Shown: positions 10,893 through 21,695 of the stretch, one piece after another | How the letters are laid out: each line of letters opens with the position of its first letter | Numbering within the stretch: the first letter of the stretch is position 1 | From: Rhynchopus sp. YZ270_cl-10 | Taxonomy: Eukaryota | Reading direction: 5' to 3' | Assembly: GCA_964035575.1 (NCBI GenBank) | Contig: OZ037833.1 | Location: 62,001 to 126,000 of the forward strand | DNA length: 64,000 nt | Notes under the pieces: generated by a model | Databases searched by the model: none | The model's input: the letters and a program-made list of their open reading frames with translations, nothing else | Told to the model about the DNA's origin: nothing | Position numbers and translations under genes: made by a program

Positions 10893-11279
10893 CTATGGAT
10901 ACGGGGGCCCACGCTCCTGTAACTCCACCCTGTTGAAATAATCAACAACACGCCCAGCACTCTGCTCTTCTGCAGGTATGCGAAAACGCTCTCTGCGCCC
11001 GCAAATATCATGAACTGATATCAGAACCACTGGGACGCCTGCACCTAAAGAAGGGGGGGGGGGCTCCTCCTCTTCGTCCAGCACCATCTGCTTGATAGCG
11101 TTCCGGACGTAGGCTCGGCGGGCTCGATAACCATCTGCTCGATGGCTGTAGAGGCGGACTCGGCACAGGCTCTCACGCACCGTCGGTTTCGAAAATCGGG
11201 CACGGGGTATTCCACCACACAGCCCGTCTTTTCTCTTAGCAATTGTAGTTCTTGTTGTTATTGTTGTTTTCCACAACAC
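10893..11279 (-). CDS. Possible small hypothetical protein or exon (first in-frame ATG at 11087)
   Basis: GC-richer island in AT-rich DNA, on the same strand as its neighbours, with a protein-like sequence (..MVLDEEEEPPPPSLGAGVPVVLISVHDICG..). No recognisable domain and the start is uncertain. Confidence 0.3.
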   Translation of the reverse strand: MLWKTTITTRTTIAKRKDGLCGGIPRARFSKPTVRESLCRVRLYSHRADGYRARRAYVRNAIKQMVLDEEEEPPPPSLGAGVPVVLISVHDICGRRERFRIPAEEQSAGRVVDYFNRVELQERGPPYP

Positions 11280-11631
11280 CTTCCTTCAACACTGTAGAGT
11301 AGGTTTCTTTTTACCTGAACAGGGTCCGTAGTTGCATTTTTGGATCCGCCCGTGCAGTGGGTGGTTGATGTTGAAAATTGGACAATTTTTTTACCACTTA
11401 AATTTTGGAAAAGCCCGGTCACTAAATAGGTGGGGCCCAAATTGAAATATCGACAAAAAAAAAGAAAAATGTGAGAGGAAAAATAGAGCCTTAGCACTCT
11501 GCTAAAGGGGGGAAAACCTGAAGGAGCTGCCAAAAGGGCACCACAGATATCACAGACATCTGGCTTTTCCCCTCGCGGGGCGACCACAACACTCAATTGA
11601 TCGGGTGAAATATAGCGCATTTTTTATATTG

Positions 11632-11735
11632 CTTGGGAGTATGCGCTCAGAGGTGGTAATGGAGTTTATGACCACTTGCGCAGCGAGATTGGCATATATA
11701 CTATACCATGCACCTCAAGTGAGCACACCCCTAAG
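11632..11735 (-). ncRNA. Candidate structured RNA or tiny foldback element (~104 nt)
   Basis: Minus strand: CUUAGGGGUGUGCUCA pairs with UGAGCGCAUACUCCCAAG, an inner GAGGUG/CACCUC stem, and a UGGUAUA/UAUGCCA hairpin. G-U pairs favour the minus strand. Confidence 0.3.
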
Positions 11736-13617
11736 TGATAGATAGTGCGCCTCAATCGAACCAGAAACATTTTTTTTTATCTACCGGGGAAATAAACGAG
11801 CGGCATTTTCAGCCACATCATTATATTTTGTTTTTTTCTTTCAAAAACTTCAGCACATAACGCTGTTGGTTTTTTTTGATCGTACGGCACACAAGGTGCC
11901 ACAAGGTTCTATGATTTTTTTGACAAAATAAGCGAACACAAAAACCAGCGCAAAGAAAAAAGGTGAACAAATATTTTATCTGAAAGTGAGTGTTTAGCCG
12001 AGCTTATTTCACGAGGTAGATAAAAAAAAAAAAACAAGAAAACAAGAAAATAAGAAAAACGGAACGAAAATAACAATAGGGAAAGACGCTTCGAAGTCTC
12101 AGATACAGGACCCACCACAGGTACGTATTGGGTAGGTTCGAATCGAAAAAACAACGAAAAAGCGTTAGACAAGAACCAACAAAGTGGGATCAATGTCGGA
12201 AAAAAAAATAATATCGCGAAATAGAAAAATGTAGAGTACAAATTTGAATGGTTGATGCGCACAAAAACGACGCATCCCCACGCCCACAAAAAAAAAGGGC
12301 AAATGACAAATTCATATACTTTCAAATAAAATTTGAAAGCATTAGGGAAGTGTATAAAAAACAACAACAACCCATATTTTTTTTTTAAATTTGGCAAATG
12401 AAAAAGACTGAACGAAAAAGAGAGACAGTATTTATTTTTGAGAATTACACACCCGATTCACTTCCATCATACGATCCAAAAGAGCCGGTTCCTTTCGGAT
12501 TGTATTATTCTTTTTGTGTTTCGTTCCTTCAAAAATGTCACAACAATAACACGTTTGGCTTTTGTTTCTGGGAGACACACAAGGTGCCAAGTTCCTTATT
12601 TCTATGCTCGTAAATCACCCTGTGCCTGTTTGTCATGTTGTTTCCCGTGCAATACATGGGGAAACGTTTCGCACTCGAAAATATATGAAGACTGACAGCA
12701 GCAGGTAACAGGGGGTTGTTTTGAATTGAGACGTTTGCACAATATTCTGGTATTTGACAAAGACAAGGAGAAACGTAAGAAGGGCAACACGCTGATGGGC
12801 TATGTGCAGTCAGAGCAAAAAGAAGCATTGATTTTGTATTCATGCCTCAAAGGAAGGGATAAAAAAAACGTCACAAGAGCGCCACGACGAGCGTGCCAGA
12901 CAGAGCAAAATAAAATATGAAAAAGACACGACCGGTACTCTGCCCAAGAGACCACTCAAAACCCAAGAAGGACCTACAATTACAAACTCATTTGTGTCCA
13001 TCGTATCGGGGAGAGCTAAAAGAGTACAGCACAGAGAAAAAACATCCGAGCATAGTACTCTGGACCACAAGAACTCTACCGGACGAAGCCATCTGTCTAA
13101 CAAATATTTTTGAAAGATTTATTGTAGTTTCGTTATATTTTTTGTTTTTGAAAAACCAGCGTGTGCGTAAGAAAAAATAAGATTCATATACTTTCAGTTC
13201 ACAGAATTGAAAGCATTTGAGAGAGGGGGCAAAAAATGGAAATTTTGGTGGTCCTGACAACCCCATTTTGCGGGGTTCATGCGGTTCGTGCCGCTCGTAG
13301 GGTTTTTCATCCCCACCACAGCCCGGGATTGGCTCGGAAATGCCACAAAACACTGTTTTTTTCACCCCCTTATGCACTGTTTGAGGTGCGCTTTTTCCCC
13401 TCCCCCCCTGAAACACATGTCTTTTTTCAGAAAAATTTCTAAAAGTTAGCGCGAAGCCTGCATGTATCGTACAAAGCTCTCAATAATTGTGAATGCATCA
13501 CACGTTAAGAATCTTGGTCTCACGCAGGCTCAACATCTCCGGAGCTAAAATGGAATAACGCCTCTTTTGAAGTCAAACTAATTAAATACTCACTCCTGGA
13601 GGGATCGCCAACCACCT

Positions 13618-16600
13618 TCACATGACAACGGCACTGCTGCGGAGGGGCTCGTTACGTTCCAGCTGATCTGCGATGGCACACAGGACGTCTGCGCTGCGTG
13701 TGCCTGCCGCCATCTTGCGGAGGCTGCGATAGTCCTGCTGCACGAATGCGTGGTGGTACGAAGCAGACCACGTTTCGCAGGCCTCCTCCGTATCTTTGCC
13801 CCACTCAGAGTCCTTCAGCACCTCCGCACGCAGCTGGTACAGCGTGATCTCGGTGGTCGGTATGCTCGCCGCTCCGAAGACGATGGACCTGCGGGGGCCC
13901 TGGCTTCCCGTCAGCATAGCGTTTTGGTTCAGCTTCCACACAGCTACTGGCCGTGCCTTCGACCTGTGAGAAATGTCCGCATACAGGTGTGGGTGATTCG
14001 GCATGCACGTCATCAGGCACAGCACATTCAGCTCCAAGGCCGCAAGCACGACCTGTGGGCACAGCGCAATAGCGTCGCTGAAGATCGCAACAAACTTCTG
14101 AGCGGAGGTGCCGACCTTCCCGTGCGAGAGCTGCCCAGCCACGAGGCCGAGGTATATCGAGAGCAAAGGTGTGTGGATGGCGGAAACAAGGGCAACGAAG
14201 TGCTGAGAGGACTCCGCGTAAGAAGAACACCTGCGTGCCGCATTCCACGAGACGTTTACCTGGTCTCCCGAGAGCGAGTTGATGCTGCCGTCCGTGCGCT
14301 CGAGGCTGAGGGAGATTGTGCTCAGCGCAGCGTTGAAGTTCTGCAGGAAGTTCTCCTTCTGCGGGTCGTGCGACACGACACGTACGCAGCCAACTATCCC
14401 GCGCGACAGGTTGAGTGTGCTAGGGGCCGCAAGTGGCTTTTTTTCACGCCCCATCTTCAAGGAGCTCTTCGACGAGCAGCGGCTCGCGATGCTGAACTTT
14501 TCGCCACGCATGACAGAGCAGCGCGCTGAAAGCGCTTCGGGAACAAGCAGGACGACGTCGTGCACACCGCTGACACCACGCAGGGTCACACCCGAACGGT
14601 CAATGGCGTAGACAGGATGGTGGTGCGTGAAGTCAGACGTCTTCAGCATCGCGAAGAACTCTGACGTGACGCAGAGCGCGCCACCGACGGAGGCAGACTC
14701 AAGGCGCGCTGCCTTGTTGACGGTGCTGCCGGTGTAGTCGTAGCGGTTTGTGATGTCGTTCATCTCTGCGTTCAAGTCGCCAGCGTAGAGACCAATACGC
14801 GTGCGCAGGCCGTGCCACCCGTCGCCCCGACTCGACTGCGGCAGGTCTTCCAGCTCCACCGGCCACGCGTCACCCACGTCGTACAACGCCTGCAACACTG
14901 ACAGGCCAAAGAGGACTCCCGCCTCGTGCTCGTCAAAGGCAACCATGAAAGAGTCGCCAATTGTTTTCACCTCGTAGCCACCACACTTCGCAATGCACTT
15001 CCGGATGGCGCGGTTATGCAGCTGCAGCGCTTCCTTCATCGCATCGGGTTCAGCCTCCCACGTCGCTGTCGAGGCTTGGATGTCTGTGAAGACGATTGTC
15101 GCGAAGCCGTCCATACCAGGCGGGGAGACTTCTGCTTGGTGCGCGTCCTCTTCGCCTGTTTCGTCGTTGTTGAAGAGGGACTCAGGGAGGAAGGGCTTGT
15201 AGCGGGCGAGGTTCGTCATGAGCTGTGAGAACAGCAACTTGAGCTCCTTCACGAGGTCGCTGTCGTCGACACGGTCGCCCAGTTCGCGTTCGGCACCGTC
15301 GAGGTCGAACTCAACGAGACGGTTTGCGATCTTCTTTGCGACGTCGACAGCCTGCTGCTTCTCAAGGCCTGCGATGTAGTCGTAGGAATGCCCACGGTGT
15401 TCGTGCAGGTCGATACCACTGTACTCGCATTCCTCAGAGACCCTGCTCCCGATCGTCTTGTGGATCACGGCGTACGACACTGCAGAGAGAAGCAGGCACC
15501 ACGCACTCACAGAAAGGACAGCAATGCACTGCACGCCCAGCTGTGCCCCGCCGCCGCCCAGGAAGAGCCCGTAGTCTTCGCCAAGCGTGTCGTCCTGTGT
15601 CGCAGCACGGATGCGGTCGGCGTCGCAGAAGAGGCCCACAGAGATACCGCCCCAAACACCACCTCCCCAGTGCACTGCGCCGGCAGACACCACGTCGTCG
15701 ATCTTCAGGCGGCGCGTGAGCCACATCATACCAAAGTACACCGGCACACTCAGCACGCCGATGACAAGGGAGTACACAGGCGCAACATAAGCACAGCCCG
15801 CGGTGATGGAGACCAGCCCCGTGAGCGCACAGTTGCATGCATCGCCAACGTCGTAGTACCCGTTCATCACACGTGACACAAGAATGCCCGACAGCGTTGC
15901 TGCTGCGCTCGCAAGAATGGTCGTGACGCACGCATTTGCGGCTACAAGCGAGCCGCCGCCGCTCATTGATACAACGCTGCCCGCATTGAAGGCGAACCAC
16001 GAGAACCACAGCATGAGCGTGCCCACAGCAAGGTGGAAGCGGTTGTGCGGCTGCACGATCTCCTGGCCCTCTTCGGAGAAGACGTCGCAGCCGTTGAGCT
16101 TGCGCTTCCCTAGCAGCGTGCTGAAGATTAACGCGCACGAGCCGCCGAAGCTGTGGATCACAACACTTCCGGAGAAGTCGAGGCAGCCGTTTGCCAGAAT
16201 GCGGTTTGATGAAAAAGGACTGAGCCAGCCGTCCGCACTCCATATCCAGTGCGCGACAAGGGGGTACCCAAACGACGCGATGCACACAACAAACGCAGCG
16301 TACGCACCAAGGCTGATGCGCTCCGCCACCGCACCACTCACAATCGTCGCGGCCGCAGTCATGTATGTGTACGAGAGGAAGAAATGACCCTGCTTTCCGT
16401 ACAGGTCGTCGGACGGGCTTGGGCTGAAGAAGAAGACCTGCCCCTCTGTGCCCAGGAACTCGTTCCCTTCTGAGAAGGCCAATGCGTACCCGACAGCCCA
16501 CCACGCGACGGCGCTGATGGAGCAGTCCATCATGTTCTTGTACACAATGTTCACGACATTGGTGGATCGCACCGATCCAGACTCAAGATAGCAGAAGCCC

Positions 16601-18375
16601 ACCTGCATCAGGAAGACAAAAATCCCGCAGGTCAGCGCCCACGTCGTGTCCAGGTCGGATCCCAGCGCAGACAACTGCTCCTCAGCCTCTTGCATGCGGG
16701 TGACAAGCTCACTAAAGGTTTCGTTGGCAAGATTCAAGGAAAAGTCGTTCACATGCTCCACATTATCTGCCGCTACTGTGCTTGCCCCCACCAAGGCGAA
16801 GTAGAACACCAGGCGCAGCACCCACCAGTAGCTACGTGCGTCCTCCAGCCGCTCTCCTACTGACGACAGAAACGACCCTGCCTTGAGCGGGTGCACGCGC
16901 ACACCTGTCATCTCCTTCGGGCCCCTCGGGGACCAGTGCACTGTACTCTGGTCCTCAGTATTTGTACGGACCGCTGAGGTCCGCACTGCGTACTGGTGGA
17001 GGCGATTTGCAGGTGGCGTTATATTGTCTGTTGTCTTGTCGTTCGTTTCGGTCCATTCGGTAGTCGGGTATGGGTCGCTGCGATAGGAGTACTCTGTCTC
17101 CACATCTGTGCTCTCGTCGTCGGCACCGATGCAGGCGAAGTGTGCACCGTGCTCAATTTCGTCCTTTTGCACTTCCCACCCGAACAGATGTTTGATCGCC
17201 AACATGCACACCACCATCCAGAAGGCGGCCCACGCTGCAATCACGACGATTGCTAGCGCAACACTCCCGAGGGCTTCGAGCATCGGCTTTCCGGGGAGGA
17301 CGTCGTCACGTTTGAAGAGCACTCCTGCGAAACCACCCCAGACTGCGGGCACAAGACGCGCGGCAATGCTGTGGAGGCGGTCCAACTGCTGTGTGTCGAG
17401 TGTGTGCACACTGTGGAAGAGGAGTGCTGCAACGGCGCCCACGACAGGCGCAAACTGCGTCCGTATCGTCACAGCGGAAATGCTGAGTGCACTGATGCCT
17501 GCCAGCGTGGACCCCAGCAGGTGCTCCACGTCATAGAACTCGAACACCTCACGCGACAACGCAGTCGACGTCACTGCCGCCACCGCCACCCCCAACGTGA
17601 ACGTCACCAACACCGGAGCGCCCTCCGTCGCCTGCAACGCCTGGCTCCCATACCCAAGGAACCCATACACCGAAAACCACGTCATCAGCACACCACATCC
17701 AATGAAAAACGTATTATGCCCACGCCTCCGCTCCGACTTGGGAAACATGACACACATCACCAGACCACAGACACCACCGAAGATGTTCATGACGAGGTAC
17801 CCTCCGTCGATCACTCCGGTGCCTACATGACTTTCGTAGTGTGGGTTCAGCCAGCCGCCGTGCGAGGTGACCCAATGTGCAGCAGCTGGGTAAGGGAAAA
17901 TCGAGAGAAGAACGGTGAGGAAGATAATCGCCTGGACGGTGAGGCGGCCTGAGGCTGCGTCGCAGGCGGCGGTGATTGCGCCTGTTGCGAAGTAGAGGGT
18001 TGCGTAGAAGTGAGCAGACTCGTAGCTCAGGCGGTGCGCGGCCTCTGCTGCGGTACCGTACAGGAAACGCGAGCCACGGTCGCCCACGAACACCGACCCC
18101 GGCTCGTACACCTCAGCAAACCCTGCCACCCACCACGTTAAAGGGATCAATGCCAGAATGAGAAAGTTCTGGTACGTGCATCTCAACACGCCAGCACCAT
18201 TCGCTGAGCCCGCCTTAAAGAACGCCGACGCAGTGTGCACAAAGAACGAAAACGTCCCGCCTGTCAGGAGCCACATCCCCAGCTGGTCATGACGTGCCTC
18301 GCCAGCCCGCACAAGGTAGTCCTCCAGGGCGGTCGCCAGCTCCGCTAGGGAAGTGGCATTGTACTCATGGCCCAT
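13618..18375 (-). CDS. Ammonium transporter (Amt/Mep/Rh)-adenylate cyclase fusion: degenerate Amt + Amt + class III AC + degenerate cyclase domain (1585 aa, intronless)
   Basis: Amt motifs FLMQVGFCYLESG, IVSGAVAER, AHWIWS..GWL, DFSGSVVIH, WFAFNAGS, IDD..SAGAVH, E..GIDLHEH. Cyclase motifs TIVFTDIQAST, YEVKTIGDSFMVAF, GLRTRIG, YDYTGSTVNKAARLES. First in-frame ATG at 18375. Confidence 0.95.
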   Translation of the reverse strand: MGHEYNATSLAELATALEDYLVRAGEARHDQLGMWLLTGGTFSFFVHTASAFFKAGSANGAGVLRCTYQNFLILALIPLTWWVAGFAEVYEPGSVFVGDRGSRFLYGTAAEAAHRLSYESAHFYATLYFATGAITAACDAASGRLTVQAIIFLTVLLSIFPYPAAAHWVTSHGGWLNPHYESHVGTGVIDGGYLVMNIFGGVCGLVMCVMFPKSERRRGHNTFFIGCGVLMTWFSVYGFLGYGSQALQATEGAPVLVTFTLGVAVAAVTSTALSREVFEFYDVEHLLGSTLAGISALSISAVTIRTQFAPVVGAVAALLFHSVHTLDTQQLDRLHSIAARLVPAVWGGFAGVLFKRDDVLPGKPMLEALGSVALAIVVIAAWAAFWMVVCMLAIKHLFGWEVQKDEIEHGAHFACIGADDESTDVETEYSYRSDPYPTTEWTETNDKTTDNITPPANRLHQYAVRTSAVRTNTEDQSTVHWSPRGPKEMTGVRVHPLKAGSFLSSVGERLEDARSYWWVLRLVFYFALVGASTVAADNVEHVNDFSLNLANETFSELVTRMQEAEEQLSALGSDLDTTWALTCGIFVFLMQVGFCYLESGSVRSTNVVNIVYKNMMDCSISAVAWWAVGYALAFSEGNEFLGTEGQVFFFSPSPSDDLYGKQGHFFLSYTYMTAAATIVSGAVAERISLGAYAAFVVCIASFGYPLVAHWIWSADGWLSPFSSNRILANGCLDFSGSVVIHSFGGSCALIFSTLLGKRKLNGCDVFSEEGQEIVQPHNRFHLAVGTLMLWFSWFAFNAGSVVSMSGGGSLVAANACVTTILASAAATLSGILVSRVMNGYYDVGDACNCALTGLVSITAGCAYVAPVYSLVIGVLSVPVYFGMMWLTRRLKIDDVVSAGAVHWGGGVWGGISVGLFCDADRIRAATQDDTLGEDYGLFLGGGGAQLGVQCIAVLSVSAWCLLLSAVSYAVIHKTIGSRVSEECEYSGIDLHEHRGHSYDYIAGLEKQQAVDVAKKIANRLVEFDLDGAERELGDRVDDSDLVKELKLLFSQLMTNLARYKPFLPESLFNNDETGEEDAHQAEVSPPGMDGFATIVFTDIQASTATWEAEPDAMKEALQLHNRAIRKCIAKCGGYEVKTIGDSFMVAFDEHEAGVLFGLSVLQALYDVGDAWPVELEDLPQSSRGDGWHGLRTRIGLYAGDLNAEMNDITNRYDYTGSTVNKAARLESASVGGALCVTSEFFAMLKTSDFTHHHPVYAIDRSGVTLRGVSGVHDVVLLVPEALSARCSVMRGEKFSIASRCSSKSSLKMGREKKPLAAPSTLNLSRGIVGCVRVVSHDPQKENFLQNFNAALSTISLSLERTDGSINSLSGDQVNVSWNAARRCSSYAESSQHFVALVSAIHTPLLSIYLGLVAGQLSHGKVGTSAQKFVAIFSDAIALCPQVVLAALELNVLCLMTCMPNHPHLYADISHRSKARPVAVWKLNQNAMLTGSQGPRRSIVFGAASIPTTEITLYQLRAEVLKDSEWGKDTEEACETWSASYHHAFVQQDYRSLRKMAAGTRSADVLCAIADQLERNEPLRSSAVVM

Positions 18376-18408
18376 CACTACAGGGCGAGAGGGAAAGAAC
18401 TTCCAGAT

Positions 18409-18510
18409 CTGTAGTGTGATGTTGGAGAAGGCGAGGGGTGAGGAGTATGTGGTAGAACCACAGCGAAGTCGGGGGGGGAGAAGGCTTAAAGAAAGAAAAC
18501 TGAAGATGAA
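18409..18510 (-). promoter_or_regulatory. Putative trans-splice acceptor region upstream of the Amt-AC gene
   Basis: Long C/T-rich tract ending ..CACACTACAG| at 18409, 33 nt before the ATG. Confidence 0.5.
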
Positions 18511-18948
18511 TGTGCCTCTTGAGCACACACGTCTTTCGAAAGTGTCTCTGTACCCCAAAAAGGGGAGGACCAAAATCTTAAACACCAACTTAAACAGAAG
18601 TCCAAGAGGGGGCTCAGTTGATTTATAGGTGCATCACCCCCACCTTAATGTTTCAAAGAAAAGCTTAGTGAAGGGCAGAGGTTGCATTGGGTGGAGGTGT
18701 GCAGGACACTTTGTGTGGACAGATATTCAAAAAAGAATTCGCTTTTCTTATTGTTTGGTTATTGTCGCTACAGCTATAAAAAATATGACTCATTTTTGAG
18801 CCAAAGCGTTGTGCTTTTGGCTAGCACGTTCGTCCCCACCCCCCCTCACTCCCCCCAACCCCTTTCCCATCCGTTCCCAACCGCGAACGATTATTTGCTC
18901 TTTCTCTAGGTTTTGCAAAAACAAAACAAAAAAAAGGTGCGTGACATC

Positions 18949-19524
18949 CTATTGGGAACTGTTTCCTTGCGGTGTGGTGTCTGCCACGACTGACACATCC
19001 TGGTCCCCTTCCGGTTGGTCACCACGCTTCGACCATGATGCAAAGTCAATTTCTGTTCTGATTCGCGTGTCACCCTGTGAAGTTAACAAAATAGTTGTTT
19101 TTTTGACCAAAAAAAAAAATACCAAATCAAACCGACAAAAGCCGACTGAGAATCAAAAATAGTTCATCTCTCCACATACCTGCAGGAGCCCCATGATGTG
19201 CCGCTTCTCTGAGGTCGCGGTGATCTTCTCTCTGTCAAGCTTCTGGACGCATGCAGAGGCTTCGTCGCGGAAGACGTGGCACTCTGGGTTCAGCGAACGC
19301 GCACGCCCCTCCATACACCGCAGGTACGTCTTCCACTTTTCCTCGCAGCAGAAGCGCAGCCGCTCCGTCACCTTCAGATCGATTGCCTGCCGGTCCTCGG
19401 TCCCAAGCAGCGTCACCGAACGTCGGTACGCAAGCGTCTCATCTTCCGCCATCACTTCTCGCATGTGGTTGCGACCCACCACACCACACTCCCGCTCTCC
19501 AATTGTCCCCTGTGCTTGCCCCAT
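18949..19524 (-). CDS. Twin-CX9C mitochondrial intermembrane-space protein, Cmc1/COX-assembly-like (156 aa; exons 19524-19180, 19074-18949)
   Basis: C-EEKWKTYLR-C and C-HVFRDEASA-C (two CX9C motifs). A GTATG intron joins LLQ|GDTRIR...SSQ* in frame. Confidence 0.7.
19075..19179 (-). other. 105-nt intron (phase 0)
   Basis: GTATGT...TTCACAG; an alternative acceptor at 19146 cannot be excluded. Confidence 0.65.
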
Positions 19525-20760
19525 TCCAATTTCAAAAAGATTCCCAAAGGCCCTCAAACCTTTTAGGGATAAAGAGGTTAGTAGTGTGTCTGGTGGTGGT
19601 GGTGGTGGTGGGGAGTGTTTTGAAATCCGTTCGTGAAGCAATAAATAAATCCGGGGAGCGAGGGATATGGGGAGTCTGTGAGGTGTTAATGTGGTGAGCT
19701 TCGTGTGAACACCAAATAAATAATCCGGAATGCAGAAGAAATTTGCGGAACATATTTCTCCATTAGTTGGTGTGTAGATAGGAGGGAGAGAGAGGAAAAA
19801 ATGAATAAAAAGTGAAAGGTTGGAGAGCGTGCTTTTTTATTTGTAAATGAGGTGGGTTTTTGGGAGGTGTTTTGTTGTGTGATTCAAAGAACGCACACAA
19901 AATAACCTCCTTTTAGGGAGATAAGAGATCCCCCCGGTTTTGAAGAAATAAACTTTTTTTAGGAGAAGACGAGAGACATCTTTCGCAAAGGGAATCCATT
20001 GCAAGAAGGCACCGTCTTTTGCTCCTTTTTTCCTTTTTCTTTAAAAACAGCATCGAAAAAAATACGAATCTCGTGATCTAGATGTTATTGATTTGTTCGT
20101 TAGCTCTAAGGTGGAAACTCAACTTAAAAAAAGGCTTAACGTTAAAGTGTTAGAAAAATGATGAAAAATAAAAACCGTGAGGTGGGCGGGATCCTCTCAA
20201 CCTCACAACATAGAACTGCGCAAAACAGAATTCAATAAAAAACCGGAACAAAAAAAAAAGTGTTGAACGCAAATCAAAAACACTGATAACAAAAATTGTC
20301 AAACGAACCAAAAGCTTTTGTCAGATGATCCCCAAGGCTGTGCTAAGCTTTGATCGCCTTCAAAAAAAGAGCTTTTTTAAAAGCGTTCCCAAAAAAAAGA
20401 TTGCAGATTGTTCCAGAACTAATTGTCACTGAGGTAGAAAAGGGAAAAAAAACGTTCGTCGTTGGTTTCTTTCCCAAAAAAAAATCAAAGAAAAATACTA
20501 TCCAAATAAGATGATCGTGAACAAGACATTTGTTTGCATAATACACCAGGAAACCGAAAACCGAAACTTGGAAAAAGGACAGACAGCCAACACAGCGGTT
20601 TTTCTCAGGGCTTTGCACACCCATCAACCCATCTATTGCGTTGGGACATCAGTTTTTTTTTTATATCAGTCTAAATGGGAGCCAATTACCCCCCCCCCCT
20701 TGAGGGTCATATTCGGGTTTTGGGGGTAATATAAGGGGGGGGGGTAATAGACACCTACCT

Positions 20761-20878
20761 GTGTACGTGTGTACGTGTGTACGTGTGTACGTGTGTACGT
20801 GTGTACGTGTGTACGTGTGTACGTGTGTACGTGTGTACGTGTGTACGTGTGTACGTGTGTACGTGTGTACGTGTGTAC
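20761..20878. repeat. (GTGTACGT)~15 microsatellite
   Basis: Direct read of the sequence. Confidence 0.95.
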
Positions 20879-21602
20879 CGTATTTGCGGGTTTGCGTATA
20901 CCTGGGTACCCACGGTACCCGGTACCAATGGGATATTTTGGTGATCCCCAAGGCGATTTGCGGCCAGGCACGCCCACCTTAGTGGATTTTTTCACCTAAA
21001 TTTAAAAAAATCCCTGCTCAGCCCCTCTCGTCCTGGGCTGGACGTTAAATCGCATCCGTGGACCCTTTTGTGGCACTCCTCCTGGAACTCTATGAAGGTC
21101 TGACCTGAGGGTAAAAGGTGCTGGGAATGCTACCCTGGGTGCCGAAGGCAGGCACATTACATGTGCGGAGGGAACTACTGGAGCCCGAGCCAGTGAAGCC
21201 CCCTAGGAAACTGGGGTACGGATTGGAAGAGACCTTGCCGGTAGCCGGGAACCCTCCCTGGGCTAGTACAATGACGAAGTGAGTGTACCCAGTACCCAAT
21301 GCCGTGACTTCACCGGCTAACACCGGAAAACACCGGCAAAATCAGGTGGAATATACATAAGTACATCACGGGGGGTAGGGAACAGATAGCGCCGCAGGCG
21401 CATGGTACGCAACTTTTTTCTTTTTCTTTCCCCTTTTCTCTGCTTTCTTTTGATTGCACGAGCCGATTGCTCTCCACGGTGGGGTCACATGTGTGTCCAC
21501 AGCAAATCCTTAAGGATTTCCTTCTACGTGCACGGCGGGGTCCGCACACCCCGAGGGTCCGTAAAACGGCATGTTAGGACACTCCCTCTTTACGGAGTGT
21601 CA

Positions 21603-21695
21603 TTACGTACCCTAGGGTACGTAATTACGTACCCTAGGGTCCGTAATTACGTACCCTAGGGTCCGTAATTACGGACCCTAGGGTACGTAATTACG
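21603..21695. repeat. Palindromic 22-bp minisatellite (alternating CGTAATTACG / ACCCTAGGGT), left subterminal array
   Basis: ~4 units; mirrored at 24090-24148. Confidence 0.9.

Noticed and set aside
10976..11024. Plus-strand 49-nt GTATG...CAG intron-like segment
   Set aside because: Splicing yields no convincing plus-strand ORF, and all supported genes are on the minus strand
11900..13450. Short Phe/Lys-rich ORFs in AT-rich intergenic DNA (also 19700-20650 and 25750-28100)
   Set aside because: Products of homopolymer runs, with no coding-like composition or motifs
18376..18588. N-terminal extension of the Amt-AC ORF from the track's non-ATG start
   Set aside because: It is a pyrimidine-rich acceptor region; the first ATG is at 18375
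21012..21065. CCCTGCTCAGCC.. as an ingi/L1Tc 77-nt signature or HDV-like ribozyme
   Set aside because: Only the first ~12 nt resemble it; P1/P3/L3 pseudoknot elements could not be built, and no RT ORF follows
21603..21695. Palindromic repeats resembling a CRISPR array
   Set aside because: No unique spacers and no cas genes; explained as transposon subterminal repeats
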